This document shows positions 13,941-28,268 of a stretch of DNA of 64,000 nucleotides, piece after piece. Source of the stretch: Ruditapes philippinarum (lineage: Eukaryota); the NCBI RefSeq assembly GCF_026571515.1, contig NW_026861848.1:62001-126000 (forward strand). The letters run 5' to 3'. Positions within the stretch are counted from its first letter, which is position 1. The number at the start of each line of letters is the position of its first letter. The notes beneath the pieces were generated by a model. That model did not search any database and was not told the origin of the DNA. It saw only the letters and a program-made list of their open reading frames with translations. Position numbers and translations under genes: made by a program.

Positions 13941-16204
13941 AAGAACAACTCATCTGTTCAATATTCAATATCTTAAGATGATATGTAACATTATGTGTTT
14001 CCATAAAATTTTAATGTTATCAATTAAACCTGTGATCATAAAACTGCTTTTCATTGATATCAATATTGTCAATAAAGTGTTAAATAATTTTGTAGATTTA
14101 AATAGATAAAGGTAATTTTAATAAAGATTATATCGATATTTTCTGTTATAATATAACGTTTTGTTGTCATTGTATACTAAAATGATACTTGTATCCAATA
14201 GACTTCTGCGGCGAGTTCGATATATATTATCGTTTAGATTATCTATCTAAATGTATTTGAAAAATCATTCAACATCCATTACCAACTACATGATATTTAT
14301 TTTATTATCGCAAGTCATTTATAATAGTCTCAATGTATGACTTTATCATAAAGGCATGCATTACTTTGGCATCTAGCACTGTAAAATGCAGTTATATAAG
14401 TTCGAAGAAATAATAGTATAAGTAACATGAATTGTATGATTTATTAAACTGAATGTTTAATTGAGAATATAATCATCCTAAATGCGGAATGTAACTGTTG
14501 AATACAACAATCGTCAGCTGAAGGAATTTCCACTTAAAAATGACTTATTTTACTCCCTGATTATATGCAGATACATTACACCTACGCCCTCATAAAATAT
14601 ACGCATCGTATAATCGTGTATTTTCAACATTGTACTTTTAAATTAACAATGTATCTTAATTCTATAGGCGTCATATTGAATTTTAACAATACATCTTTAC
14701 ATCTTAAAAATGTTTAATTTCATATCAATCAGCAAAACGAACAAAAGCAAACATTCATCATTGTTATTATGGTAAACAATTATAAATCTGACATTTGTTT
14801 AGTAATAAAATTACAATAGATAACCTTTCATTCTATAAACATGAGTTTAATTGTAATCATTATACGGCCTCCTTTCCACGATTTAATACAATCTATTTTA
14901 TATGTCTTTCAAAATGATGTTTTTTTCTTAATGCAAGCTTAATCATTACAGATTAATATCCATTCAAGATGTTAACTTTACGATCTGTTATATATCTTTA
15001 AGTTAAAAATGAAGAAATAAACATATCCATATTTACATCAAATAGCTAAAAACATACACGTAAACGCGAAATGAATATTCGCAAAAGGAAAAATTTCTTA
15101 TTTGTTAATTTTCAAATGGCAATATTTATGCTAAATCATTCCATCTCGCTGGCTTAATACAGGAAAATAAAAGTCGGCTATGTCGCATTTAGGTTTAAAA
15201 AGAAATTACCTAACATATATTGATAAAAAGTTTTACTTAAAAGACCGCAGTCATATTATATTTCATTACATTCGTCTCACCTTAATGTTCTTCCTCATTT
15301 CTCAACAGAGGAAGTTCAACATTTTCAAATGACTGTTAACGAAACAGTTTCTAGATATTTTAATATATATTATTTCTACATCGTTCTAATTATACTTAAA
15401 TGAAAACATTTTTACAGATCTTATCTAGTCCAACATCTTTGTCATTAATAATTTGTCAATTTTCTGCTTTTTCCAACAAAATCATAATAGCATAGAAGAC
15501 GGAAGTTTGTTTTTTAAATTTGAATAGATGAGACCGCTGACTTCGAACCACCTTCCTCTTGTGATTTGTAATATTGAATCTAAAAAGCCTATGGAAGTTC
15601 AGTGGTTCTACAAAGGTGTCGAGGTGACTAAGAATTTAACAAAAATGTATAAAATCAGTTTTGTTAAAATCATGAAGATATAAGTTGTTGATTATTTTAA
15701 AATTTAGATTGTATTGATACAATGCAAAATTATAAATATCATGAATAAGGTATTGAAAATAAACGATCAGAGTATTGTAAAAAAGATAACTTCGAAACAG
15801 AGAAAAAAATATAATAAAATATAAAAAATATATCGAGTGTAATGGGAGCAGTAGGCTTCGTTCAGTGTTTTATTGCTTTTTTGATAATTTTAAAAGCGTG
15901 AAACCATACAAGAATTATATTCATCCTAATTGACGTTTCATCTTTGATTTGCGTGTCAATGTAAAGGGTTTCCGATTAAACAGAAACGAAATACGAGATA
16001 AAATTTCAGTACAGAAGGCAAGCAAACAAATATGCAGACGTAATATTTTAACCGATATACTGTCTTATTGGGTTTTGTTGTTCCTATATTTGTATTGTCC
16101 TGTACCAATCAGATCGTTATTCCTGCTATTTTATAAACAATTCACCACATCTAATAAAATCAGCGAGTGGTATGGCTCGTATTTCACTGCTATGTATCCT
16201 TGTT

Positions 16205-16931
16205 AAATTCTGGAAACAAAGTGATCCCTCGGAAGCATTAATCACAACAAAATAACATAAGAATTGCAGACTCGGTTTGATTGAGTCTGTACATGAGGGA
16301 TAATGAATAAGTGCAACATCCCTCACGCCCCCTAGCAGCGGCTTGAGCGGTACTCAATTCTCAACACTTTATAGTGTTGGCATCAATGACCCCGAAGGAC
16401 CAGAAAATTATTACAGTACTGAAGTGAAGTACGGGCAACTTTTTACGGCTGCCCACACGGCACTTGACACCTGCTGTTGTGAAGTACAAAATTCTGGAAA
16501 CAAAGTGATCCCTCGGAAGCATTAATCACAACAAAATAACATAAGAATTGCAGACTCGGTTTGATTGAGTCTGTACATGAGGGATAATGAATAAGTGCAA
16601 CATCCCTCACGCCCCCTAGCACCGGCTTGAGCGGTACTCAATTCTCAACACTTTATAGTGTTGGCATCAATGACCCCGAAGGACCAGAAAATATAACAAC
16701 ACTGAAGTGAAGTACGGGGCAACTTTTTACGGCTGCCACACGGCACTTGACACCTGCTGTTGTGAAGTACAAAATTCTGGAAACAAAGTGATCCCCCGGA
16801 AGCATTAATCACAACAAAATAACATAAGAATTGCAGACTCGGTTTGATTGAGTCTGTACATGAGGGATAATGAATAAGTGCAACATCCCTCACGCCCCCT
16901 AGCACCGGCTTGAGCGGTACTCAATTCTCAA
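16205..16931. repeat. Tandem array of about 2.6 near-identical 283/284-bp units of an unclassified hairpin-rich repeat
   Basis: Units begin aaattctggaaacaaagtgatccc at 16205, 16489 and 16772; the third unit is truncated at 16931. Confidence 0.95.
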
Positions 16932-16978
16932 TTTCAAAGCCAGTTTTTCATGTGACAAAGTATTAACTTATCTAATTA

Positions 16979-17292
16979 CTATGGTGACTGGTTTATGTCA
17001 TGAAGAACTTTCAACCGAGCTACAGAGCAAAAGTTAGACAAATTGGTAACGCATTGTCTTCGTCCTGCGCCCTGCAGTCAACGTTTTTAGTGATTTCGCT
17101 TTGCGCCCCTGAAGCAAAAGGCAAATACACGAAAATTCAAAATGATCACTTTGTCGTTTGTTTGTGTTTTTACCTGGCGCCCCGCGAGGCGAAAGTACGA
17201 CAATCGGTCGCTTTGTCGTATTGTCCGTATTTTCGTGTTTCGTCTGGCGCCGCGCAAAGTAAAAGTACGATAGGGTACAAATTACCCTCCAT
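16979..17292. mobile_element. Probable degenerate MITE with internal repeats
   Basis: GC-richer patch bounded by tatgg...ctccat, with repeated ctggcgcc..gcga/aaagtacga and ctttgtcgt motifs. Confidence 0.4.
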
Positions 17293-20200
17293 GAATAACT
17301 GAATGATTACCCGTCAAGTATTTTCGATGTTCTTATATATTTATACTAAAATATAAACTGTTAAACTCATTAATATAATGTAATCCACATATTTTGTTTT
17401 CAACTAAATTAAATATGAACATTCATACAGTACAGAACAGACAAACAATATACAAATGCATTTCGATTTATTTTTGACCCTTAAAAATAATTCTAATTAA
17501 ATTCTTACATTGCAGAGACTATTCGAATCAGAATCAGGAACTAGTTTGTCTCTCCCTGGAATAATTACATTTTCACTTGTTTCCTGACAGATGCCATCTA
17601 CTTCCAGTTTTTTCCGATTATTTCGAGTAGGAACATTTGCATGCATGCGTTTTCATTAAAATATGTTCTAGATTTAAGATGTTTTAGTACGTTTGCCCGT
17701 TATGCGTTATATAATTATTTGACACTTTACTTTAAAAGATAACCTTCAAAGACTTTATTCGTATGGATTGACTATTATACTTTCTAGATATGTTCCAATA
17801 TATTACTTGACTTTTTGACGAAACTGCCTCTTTTTCGACAAGGTTACAGCATTAAAGAGGTTTACTTGAATAATGTGACCTCTTAACGAGTATTATAATT
17901 AAAGATATACTATGCTCATGAATTAGTAAAATAGTTTTATCATAGAAATTTAGTGAAATCTATGAAATTCTTACTGAATATGTCTGATTTGGAAAAAAAA
18001 GAATGAACAATCTTTGAATGGGAAGCTGCGTTCCCTATTACAGATCAAGTAAAGTTTTTTTAATGACACTTTATATTCTTATTATGACCACCTAAAGTGT
18101 GTTTAGTTTCAAATATAACACAATTACTTTGTATGCATTTTATTTAATGTTATTTAACCAAAGCAATGTTTATTTAATATTAATATTCATAAGGAGACTG
18201 TGCATCCATTTTCAATATTTTCTAATATCAAGTTTTAGCATAGTATATCTTTAAGATAGACTAAACGCCATCTCATTATTCGCAATACAACTGTTTATAT
18301 CTTCTTACAAATTATTGCGTAAGTATTTGATATCAGACAATTAGGCAGAGAATCATTGTATACATTGTACACGTAGTAAATTGGGGCCTTTAGAAATCTA
18401 AATATCTCTTTACACAAGAAATAACAAAAACAACTTCATGTATAGCAATTTTCTTCTGATAAATCTGGGAATAATTAGGATAGACTTTTATGTTCGAATA
18501 ACGAAAATGTCAACTGACTTCTCAATGTGGTAAATGTAGTTTACAGGAATTACTCCAAACTAAATTATTGAAAAATTAACATAGATGTATAAGATGTACT
18601 GTGTGTTTTTGTTTTTTGTTGTTGTTTTTTTTTTTTTGTTTGTTTGTTTTTTTTTTTTTGTTTTTTTTTAAGTTGCACAAATTATGTTTAATGCTAAACG
18701 TTTTAAAAATGGTTATTTTATGCGGAAGCTAGTCAATTTGTTTTGCTTTTTGTTATACAATCACGTATCATATTTGTAATGGCAAGCTGGCATGGGATCG
18801 GAAAAAAGAAAACATGTAAAAAGATGTCAGTTAAATAAACACAAATAACTAAAAAATAAGCCTTTTTTTTATTATACACCTCGTCGAATTGTAACATAAT
18901 GCGAATGATAGAAAGCCGGCAGCGTCCTTCCTGATCACGCTCAGGTACAATTAGGCTTTTTTCTTAGTTTTTTTACATTTTTATGTATATCCAGCGTATC
19001 ACTTTGTTTTTCGTCTTTAAAAAAATGTGACTTGTGTTGTATAGCTTTGTTGTAATGAACACCTAGAGCGTATTTGAACATTTTCCGAGTTTGCTTTCTG
19101 TGCATAAACTATTTGCCATCTGAGTAAAAACGGTTGTGACCCTTACAACGACCCGAATACACGATCCTTAAGTTGATAAACAGTAACCGTGTTACCATTA
19201 ATTGATAAACAGTAAAGGTGCTACCTTATTTACTTCTGTGCATTACAAAACAAGCATATAAACACGCTTTTAAATACTACAATGTTATCTTAGATGAAAA
19301 ATAAAAAAACAAGTGAAGTAAAAAATGCAAAGGCTTCTAGCTTTTAAAAGTGAAGCAAACCCTTAAAAATCTTAAAGAGTCTCAAATTGAATCCATATAA
19401 AGTATCATTAAATCTGAAAGACGTTGACTTCTATTTTTCAATTGACATAAAAACAACATATTTTAAGTGCATCATTCTTTTAAGGATACCAAAATCAAAG
19501 GCAACAAAAACGTTCAAGAAACAAGAAGGGAAAAAAACATCGGACAATGTTATCAAGACATTTAAAGCGACTTCATCTAAATGTTCTCCTTTGCAAAATG
19601 TAAAAACTCTTAATCATAATTATAAAATTTTAAATAAACATATAACCACTGCTGTACCTTTTTGTTTTTGAAACAATCGGTTTGAACCTAGCACTCTCTA
19701 TCCTTTCTGTAACTACACGAACGGGTTGTTGTCCATGTACATTCGTATTTTAATAGAACGTTGTATTAACCGATACATTAAAACAATTGATAAATACGTA
19801 GTCAGTATAAACCAATTGTTTACCCTAACCTGAAGTTGACAATGGTATAACTTTGAGTTTCTTTACTTCTATCCTTACATGTATCGATATTCTACCCTTT
19901 AAATATCAGATTTGCATAAACTGCTTTTTATATTGAAAAAGGTTAAGCAGTTTCAAACAAAATTCAGTCTATTTACATGTTATCATACTTTGATATAAAT
20001 GATGATGTATTGTTCAAAGGCTGTTATATTAAGATGAATATTATAGAAATTCATAATTAATGTAGGGTAAGGTATGGTGATTGACAGTTCTTTTCAACAG
20101 ATATCATGTGTTACAATTTGATATGCCGAATTTGTTGCGTTGTTCTTTTTATAGTAAATGTGTAATTTATCGGCAATGAATTCATTTTAGGTTCAAAATA

Positions 20201-20540
20201 TTCTTTTATATTTTACATTTTTTTAATCGGACGTTTTCCTTCTTTAGATATTTGACTCTGAAATCATAAGTTTTGCCAAATATCTATTCCAGGTATATGT
20301 TAACAGTATCATGCAGGTCTAATTATTTTGACTGTTTTATAGTAATTGGATAGTTATTAAGAAAATAAACATTGACAATAATGGGATGCGTTTGTTTAAC
20401 ATATTTAACTAAACTGTTTCATCTTTCTATGGTGATAGTTGAAATCGTGGTATCCATTATGTAATGCATTTGTCTCAGAAAATATCTAAGACATAGCGTG
20501 AGCTAACCTTGTTAAGGTGTCTCATAGATAAATGCTGCAC

Positions 20541-22210
20541 AGCTATAACTTAATTTTGAAATTACGTTTCACTTAATAAAATTTAAACTGCATTACGTAA
20601 TAAAATAGTCAAAAAGACAAAAACAACTTCAAACATTTATCAGCTGTAGAACAGATAAACAACAAATACAATTATAGTGAATTAGTATTTTGTATTGAAG
20701 ATAAAATACTACTTTGTTGACATTTTACAACATGTATGACAAATTAGATTACATTTATAGCAACTTTCTTCTGGTAACAAATATATAACATTCTGTTAAA
20801 GCAATATTCAAATGTTGTAAAATTCATATTTGCCCTTGTATAAAGAAGTTAGAAAAAACCTTTTTTAAGTAAATAACATGTGTTGGATATGTTGATATTG
20901 ATAAGCAATTATAGTCTGATGTTGTTGTTGGTGGTGTTGGTGTTGGTGTTGTTGCAATAGACAGAGACTGGAAACCAAATTGAAAAACATGTTGACAAAC
21001 TTTAACAGTCAAATACAAACAGAAGTGTTGCACATTAGGCAATAATCTTTTTAGATTACGAATATAAAGAATCAAAACCCTTTGCCTTGGTTATCAATTA
21101 AACAAAGACTAAAAACTAAATAAAAAATTGAAAGCCAAATGCTTAAGCCTTTACTACAATGTACATTAAATAAGATTAAGCAAAATAAATTGTTCTTCTT
21201 GCAATTGGATTTTAAATGATAAAATGCAAGTACATGTATATAAATGCCTGGTTGTTCGTAATATTTGCATTTAATTTTGAATAATGTTTTATACATTAAG
21301 TTTTTGTTTGCTTTATAGTAAGCGTGAAAAAAATGTGGTCACGTTTTCTGGGAGATTGCAGTCATGCTTTCCGTGAGAAACTATTGAAAAGACAACTCAA
21401 CTTAAGCCTTTAAATGGAAGTTTTGACATTTTTTGTGTGCTTTTTTAGAATTAAGCAGATGATATAACGCATGTTAGCAAAACTATTATATTCTTACGTT
21501 TGTTCATATTATTGCGTCTAACATTGGATGTCTAGAGAAATGGTATCGTTGTATAAAAGGTTATTTGTATACTAAATCATATGTTAGGTCTCCCGCAATT
21601 TTTTATATGGTAACATTATGTATAACACATTCTCCCATTTCGCTGCATCATTGCAGGTTTAACTAAAGTTCATTAAATTCTGACTACCAAAAGAAGATAC
21701 TCGAGATCATTTTTTATACATAAATCAAGTTTGCTTAGTATACATTTTGTTATTTCATGATAAATTGCTCATTTGGACTTACAATATCGATGATATATAG
21801 CTGTGTGATATTTGAAAAGATGTCTTATCATCATAAGTTTGTTAAGCTTGACATATTCATTAATACCATAAACCTTCCTAAGTTTATAAATAGTATAAGG
21901 AATCGATATATTAAGTAACAAATTGCTAAATATAAGTTTGACTGTCTTTTCATTCTCTTAGAAAATGCAATACCGCCGGCAAAATAACAAGATAAACTAT
22001 TAACACATCATTTTTATATGCAATTAATTAGTATTTACCTATAAGAAAAGCGCATATAACTGAAATACAAACATAAAGATAATCTAATTTTAAAAAACGA
22101 TTATACAATTCTTGAACTACGACCTTGACATCATATAATTATGCTGTTTTTGGTTTCTATGGGTGAATATTTTAGAATAAATTATCCTTTACCTTACATA
22201 AGGTTAAACT
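20541..22210 (+). repeat. Old segmental duplication, copy 1 (paralogous to 25644-26965)
   Basis: Collinear similar blocks at 20541/25644, 21322/26103, 21560/26340, 21800/26595 and ~22198/26953. Confidence 0.8.
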
Positions 22211-25200
22211 TAGTATGTCATTGTTAAATTAGATCAATTTTAATCTAAGTAATTTATTATTATGAAAGATAATAAGAAAATGTGTTTAACTAACTTATTG
22301 TTATTTTGATTATATACTTACTATTAGTATGATGCGGAATGAAACACCAAAATACGAATACCGGCAGCAGAAAATGAGTAAAATAGCGTTAGTGAAATCC
22401 TTTTCAGTTTTTTCTTGATTATTTTAGAACCGAATATGTCGTTCCTTATTTCTCTCTATTTTATTGATGCTTATAGACTTAATAACTTATATTGCCATTT
22501 AAATGCAAAGACAAATGAACCACTCAGACTTGCGGGGTCAATTCTTTAACATCAAAACGCCTTATAGATGTTAAATAGTCAACTACCACCAGACATACCG
22601 TTATTATAATTATTTCTCAAATATTACAGATTTTAATTGTCTTATTTCTATGGCAGTTTTTTATTATTTTTGAGTCAATCTTTAATTATTTAGTCCATAC
22701 AATTATAATATCATACTTACACTACCCCTCACGATATTATTGAATCTAAAATAAAGAAAGACAAGTTAATGAGGAGGGACAAAATAGTAATGTGTATGTT
22801 TAAGTGAGTGTTATTAAAAACAGAATTACATTGGGATGAGATAATATAACTTCTTAAATGAGTATCATAGTTCAAATTAAAACAAAACTGTCTTGTTATA
22901 ATTATCATTGATTATATTTAATAAGCTTTTTTTGTATTTGCATGTGATTATGATAGCGAGTATCAAAATTGAAATTAACCTAATGTCATATTTTGCATAT
23001 AACTACTTATATGAACATATTAATTATTTAAAATTATTTTGTATGAAGCAATTAGACGCATTGTATAATCAATGATTTCATTTAATGATTTAAGGTATAC
23101 ACAAACCTATACTATCAGCACAAAACATTTTCAATTAAGGCATTTTGTAAGTTATAAATTTTGGAATAATTAAGGCATACTTTTTTGATAAGGCAACTTA
23201 AATGTCAACCGACTCATTAATAAGGTAAAAATAATTGAACATATTTTGTAGTGGAAATAAATTTGCTCTATTATTTACAGGATGTATAAGATTCATTATC
23301 TCTAACGAAAAAGATTATTAAACGATTATTGTGAGCAAAATAAAAAATAGTCAACTAGTTTACTTTTTATGATACAGTTAATTAAATTTCTCGATTTTGT
23401 AACAGAACGATGGAATGGCATTAGAAAAAAAAATCTGAAGTCGTAAGTATTTGAATATTGAAAATAAACAATCAGTCCCTGGCTGGTATATATTACACGC
23501 TTTATGTCACTGATCACATCCATTTCATTACACAGTTTTCATAATTTGTATAATATAATTATTATAGATATTTCTGTGTTTGAAGCTTGTAGGACTGTTG
23601 TTGGTTTATTTTATTCAGTTTATTTTACTGTACAGAGGAAATCATTTTATGTTGTAAGGAAATGAACACAAATGCCATTTGATTAAATATGGTTGTGACA
23701 AGAAACCAAAATTTTTAAAATGAGGAACAGAAAACTAATTAATTTTGTTACACAAGAATGGTCTAATGCTGAAAAGATTTTCATTGCAATGAAAACAATT
23801 CAAATGTATCTAGCTTTTAGAAGGACACTAACATCTGAGAAATCATAAAGAGGTTAAATCCAAATGAAAATAACACTGTATTATAATGACTTTCTAGTCG
23901 TTATTTGGCAAAGAAAAGTCAATTTAGGTGAGCCATTCATTATTATGCGGATTCTAATATCAAATACAGCAAAGTTAACAAGCAACTTGAGAAAATCAGT
24001 ATTTTTACCTAATTTTCTAAAAGAAAATGTGATCAGCCAATTGTCTTATACAGTCTCTATCACCGAGGTGAATCATCATATAAGGTAATTTTGTTTTCCT
24101 GACGGTTTTGATAGGCCACATATTTTAAACAAAGTGTCACTTTGACGTTGATATTTGACGAGTGACACAAATACTGACCAGACTATACGAACAGGACATA
24201 CAGAGCAACACTATCTGGTATTTTCTCACTTGTTTCAGTTGGGGCCAATATAAAGAAGTATTTATAGTAATATATTACAAATGAAACTGACATTGCTGCT
24301 GTACCATTTTCCGTAATGAATAAATAATAAATCGATTTCAACATAAACAGATGTGGAAATCTATGTACCCTTGCTTCAATTTGACGAATGCATTGTTATC
24401 TGCGTTAATGCTTATTTTAAGACTACGTAGTAGTGTTTGTTACAAATCAAAGTTTAATTGGCTGAATACCCACGTATAAATTGATTGTTTAATTAGCATT
24501 AGTTAAAGTTGATATAAATTGGTATTTCCTTGTTTTCCTTTACATGTATTTTTAAAAGCATTGACATTCTATCGGATTCTCTCACGACTGCTTTGATATT
24601 TAAGCAATATAGTAAATGTGATATAATAAAGAAAAGGTGTCTGAAAGTAGTACCAAGTAAATGTCAGACTACTTCATTTCTATTATCCTTGACAGGAAAC
24701 CCCAATCTAGATATATAATGATAAATTATGTAAATGTTGTTTTAAGAAAGGTATTTTTAAAATCATTACTTTATGTTGGATCAAGTATGCTATTTACAAC
24801 CCTTTTAGGCGTTTTCTAAATATTTATAAAACTAGTTTTGTATTTAAATCTTACCTCATTTGTTCCACACATTGGCTTCATTGTTTGTTTTCTTTTATTG
24901 ATTGCAATATTGTATTTTAATGATTACTTCCGGAGGATCTTTTCTTTGCGTCAAACTTTTTTACTTTCTGAGCAATATTAAGACTCGGTACATATCTCAA
25001 TCACGGTAAGAAATATCACTTTATTTCAAATTGAAAATAACAAACATGTTTTTCACTTAAAAACAAACATTGAAAATGGTACTAAAACCAATGAAACTAG
25101 GTATATCTCGACCGTGAGATATTCAGACATTCATTTTGTTTCGTTTAAATGTGCCTTATTTTTTCAACAAAGTGATGTAAATTGATCTTGTTATTTAAAT

Positions 25201-25643
25201 GATGAATGTCTATTAAAATTTATACTGAAACTTTTGTGTTATTTTCAGATGCAATGTGCAATCATTCGGCATTGCTCTGAGAGCTATTTTATAAATCAGT
25301 TGATATATTTTATATACTTGATTTATCAAACATTTTCTGCATGTGTAAGTATATTTATGTCCATTTTTGCTAGTGGATACTAGTTTATGTTAACAGTGTC
25401 TTGCAATTAGTTTGTTAGTAGTGATATATTATTATTGTTCGTATATTATTGTTCGATTGTCGCAAAAGTCATTGAATATGCTGGGAATTGTATGAATAAC
25501 TTGTCAATAAAATATAAAATACGATCATATTTAAAGTAAGCAACAATGTTGTCGTTCAGTATTGTGTAAATAGAAGAAACTTAAAATCAAGGAAACTTTC
25601 TACGATTTCGACAAATGCACTGCTGAAGCTAGCTTCATTAAAC

Positions 25644-26965
25644 GCTGTAACTTAATTCTTAAATTACGTTTTCACTAAATGAAAGTTTAAATTGCATCTT
25701 GGTATGAACTAAATAAAAAGGCAATGCAACTGAGTCTAATGATTATTTGTCTGTCACTGTTGATTAAAAAAAGTATTTTGGTAAATGCGGAGGAAATGGT
25801 AATTACTATTAGTTGTTTAGGAAAGCCGGTACACCGGGCCAACCGATGAGATATGACCAACACGTGTCAACATCGGCGTCAAAACCAGACAAATAAACAA
25901 AGAAACCGGGATAAAAATGTCCCATTTAGTTCGTATTTGGATTGTTTTATTTCTGTAATTTCTGAGTAGACCTTGGTCTATATCACAATGTATACGTATT
26001 GCTCTTAGATTTTATAATGATGCTAAATAGGCCGTGTCCTTTATTCGTTACATTTGTTAGCTTAATTGCAATATGTTGTTTTATATAAATCCATTAAGGT
26101 AGGCGTAAAAAGTGTGAGTTAACGTTTTCTAGACGTTTGCGGTCATGCTTTCTAGGGGAAACTTAAATAATACGACAGAGAACAATTTGTCCCAAAACTA
26201 AATACAGACGAATAGCGAAATAAAATAAAAATCGGATAATATTCTATTCCCATCAACTAAGGTTATTCTATATAGAGTATTGCCTTCTTTCTTTGATATA
26301 AAGCTAAGACACCTTCGTTTAAATAAAAAGATATAATAAGTTATTTGTATACTAACTCATATGTCAGATATCCTGGTGTTGAAATACATGTACATGGAAA
26401 CATGTTTATAACACATTTTCCCATTTCGCGGCATTGCAGTTTTAATACAAACTTTAAATTTAAAGTCTGACTACATTAAAAGAAGATACTCTCGATCAAA
26501 TTGTCAAAATGATTTAAGTTGTTCTGATATGCATCATGGCGCTATGCATATTAGAAATTTTTGTTCAGTTAAAACTAAAATATCCATGATGTACAGCTGT
26601 GTGACATTTGAAAAGAAATCGTACCATCATACGTTTATTAAGCTTGACATTATAAGTACCATAAACCTTACAGTTTTACAAGATATCGATGGTATAAGTA
26701 TATATCCCATTAGAAAAATTCCAACACATGGTGTATTAATTACTTAATAAGTTATTATCCAGTATTGGTCATATTCAAGCTGTTCGTCTCAACGTTCAAA
26801 GAAAATGGGAACAAAGCATTTGCATCAAGATGATAACATTCTTGAATCAATAGATATGTGACACTGACACATTATGATTGATGGCATTAATGCGGTTTAT
26901 GGTTTTTATAAATAATAAAGGATATCTTAGGATGCACGTATACCTTATTTTTATAAGGTTAAACA
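25644..26965 (+). repeat. Old segmental duplication, copy 2
   Basis: For example gttatttgtatactaa.tcatatgt, tataacacatt.tcccatttcgc, ctgactac..aaaagaagatactc and gctgtgtga.atttgaaaaga..ttaagcttgacat are shared with 21560-21880. Confidence 0.8.
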
Positions 26966-28268
26966 CATTTTGTGGTTATTTGACCGAATTAATTATCAAC
27001 TAAGTCAGTATTTATGAAAACGCACCATTGTAAATATGATGCTTCGTCGATCACGTGACCATCATAAAAATTATAGAATATAGCATTTAGTGCAAACATT
27101 TATGTGCCAAATCAGGACCTGATATATTAGATATTGTCATTTTTCCTTCAATAAATACACAAATGACAATATAATGTTGACTACTTTTATTGTTTTACTG
27201 ATTTCATGTTGTGACTTTTATTTACACAGCTTTTATTTTCATATCTTGATCATTATAAGCAAAGTTTTCCCTGTGCAGAAATATTTATATGAGCGTTTCT
27301 CTACAAACTTTGAGACAAATATTTTTTACTTTTTATATTATACATTTTATTATATTTTTATCTTTTTTATTTATTTGAAGACAACAAAGAATATTTAAGA
27401 TACATAATAACAACAAAAATCAAATTATCAAGTTAAATATGTTGTAAACAAGTTAACATCATTATCTACATTGTCAATAATTTGTTATCAAGAGAAAGTA
27501 CAGACAACAGAATAAAAACAGGTTTTATTTGAAACAATGTCCCTCTTAAAAATATATGTTTATTTTGTGCTTGTATTTGACTCAAAACCTTTTTTCCTAG
27601 GCCTAGATCATACGAGAGCAGTTGATCCATAACACAATATACGAATGTATAAATGTTGTATCAAAACTCATTTGAAATAACCGATTTGTTATTATAAGTA
27701 CATATTACATCCTTGAATTTAAGGCTGATTTGTTATTACAATATTAACCATAAACCACTTAATCGGATTACATCTGTACACAGTACGGAATTTCTTTTTG
27801 TCGGATCGTATTTGAGCATGCCATATAGAAATATATTGTACAAAAAACACAATAAAAATCAATCCTAAATTGAACTATATAACATCCCTCAATGATGGAG
27901 TAACAATTTAAGAATAAGTTATATCCGAGCATAACCACATTATACGGTAGGCAAACATAAAATTAAGGTGTTCAACTAACAATCATAAATATATGCCAAA
28001 GAACATGTAATTTGAGCATCGTATGATAATTCTTACAAAGAATCCTGATAAAAGGCAGTTTGATTTTTGTTTCACTAACAAACTGGCGAATATTGATAAA
28101 TTGGCTACTCTGATGTCTGTTTTGTCTAGGGGGTACACATATAATATAAATGACAACTGAGAATATATAAACATATGTTTTGCTCTACAGTCAATGGTAA
28201 GTATAGCCTATATATATAATTGTAATTTATATGATATAATGGAATGGTATTGACCCTTTCTCGTTGCA

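Noticed and set aside
16126-16905. Repeated ORFs (MRDVALIHYPSC...) and a possible CRISPR-like reading of the array
   Set aside because: The ORFs are by-products of the 283-bp tandem unit. Units repeat in full with no unique spacers and no cas genes, and the DNA is eukaryotic.
16205-16931. Canonical hammerhead, HDV or twister ribozyme call
   Set aside because: No CUGANGA core on either strand, HDV P1/P3 pairings could not be built, and the twister-like loop lacks the conserved GU and a convincing cleavage-site context.
28191-28196. 6-nt plus-strand microexon (ctacag|TCAATG|gtaagt), and a similar 13-nt one near 7790
   Set aside because: No host gene on the plus strand here, and gtaagt is expected many times by chance in AT-rich DNA.
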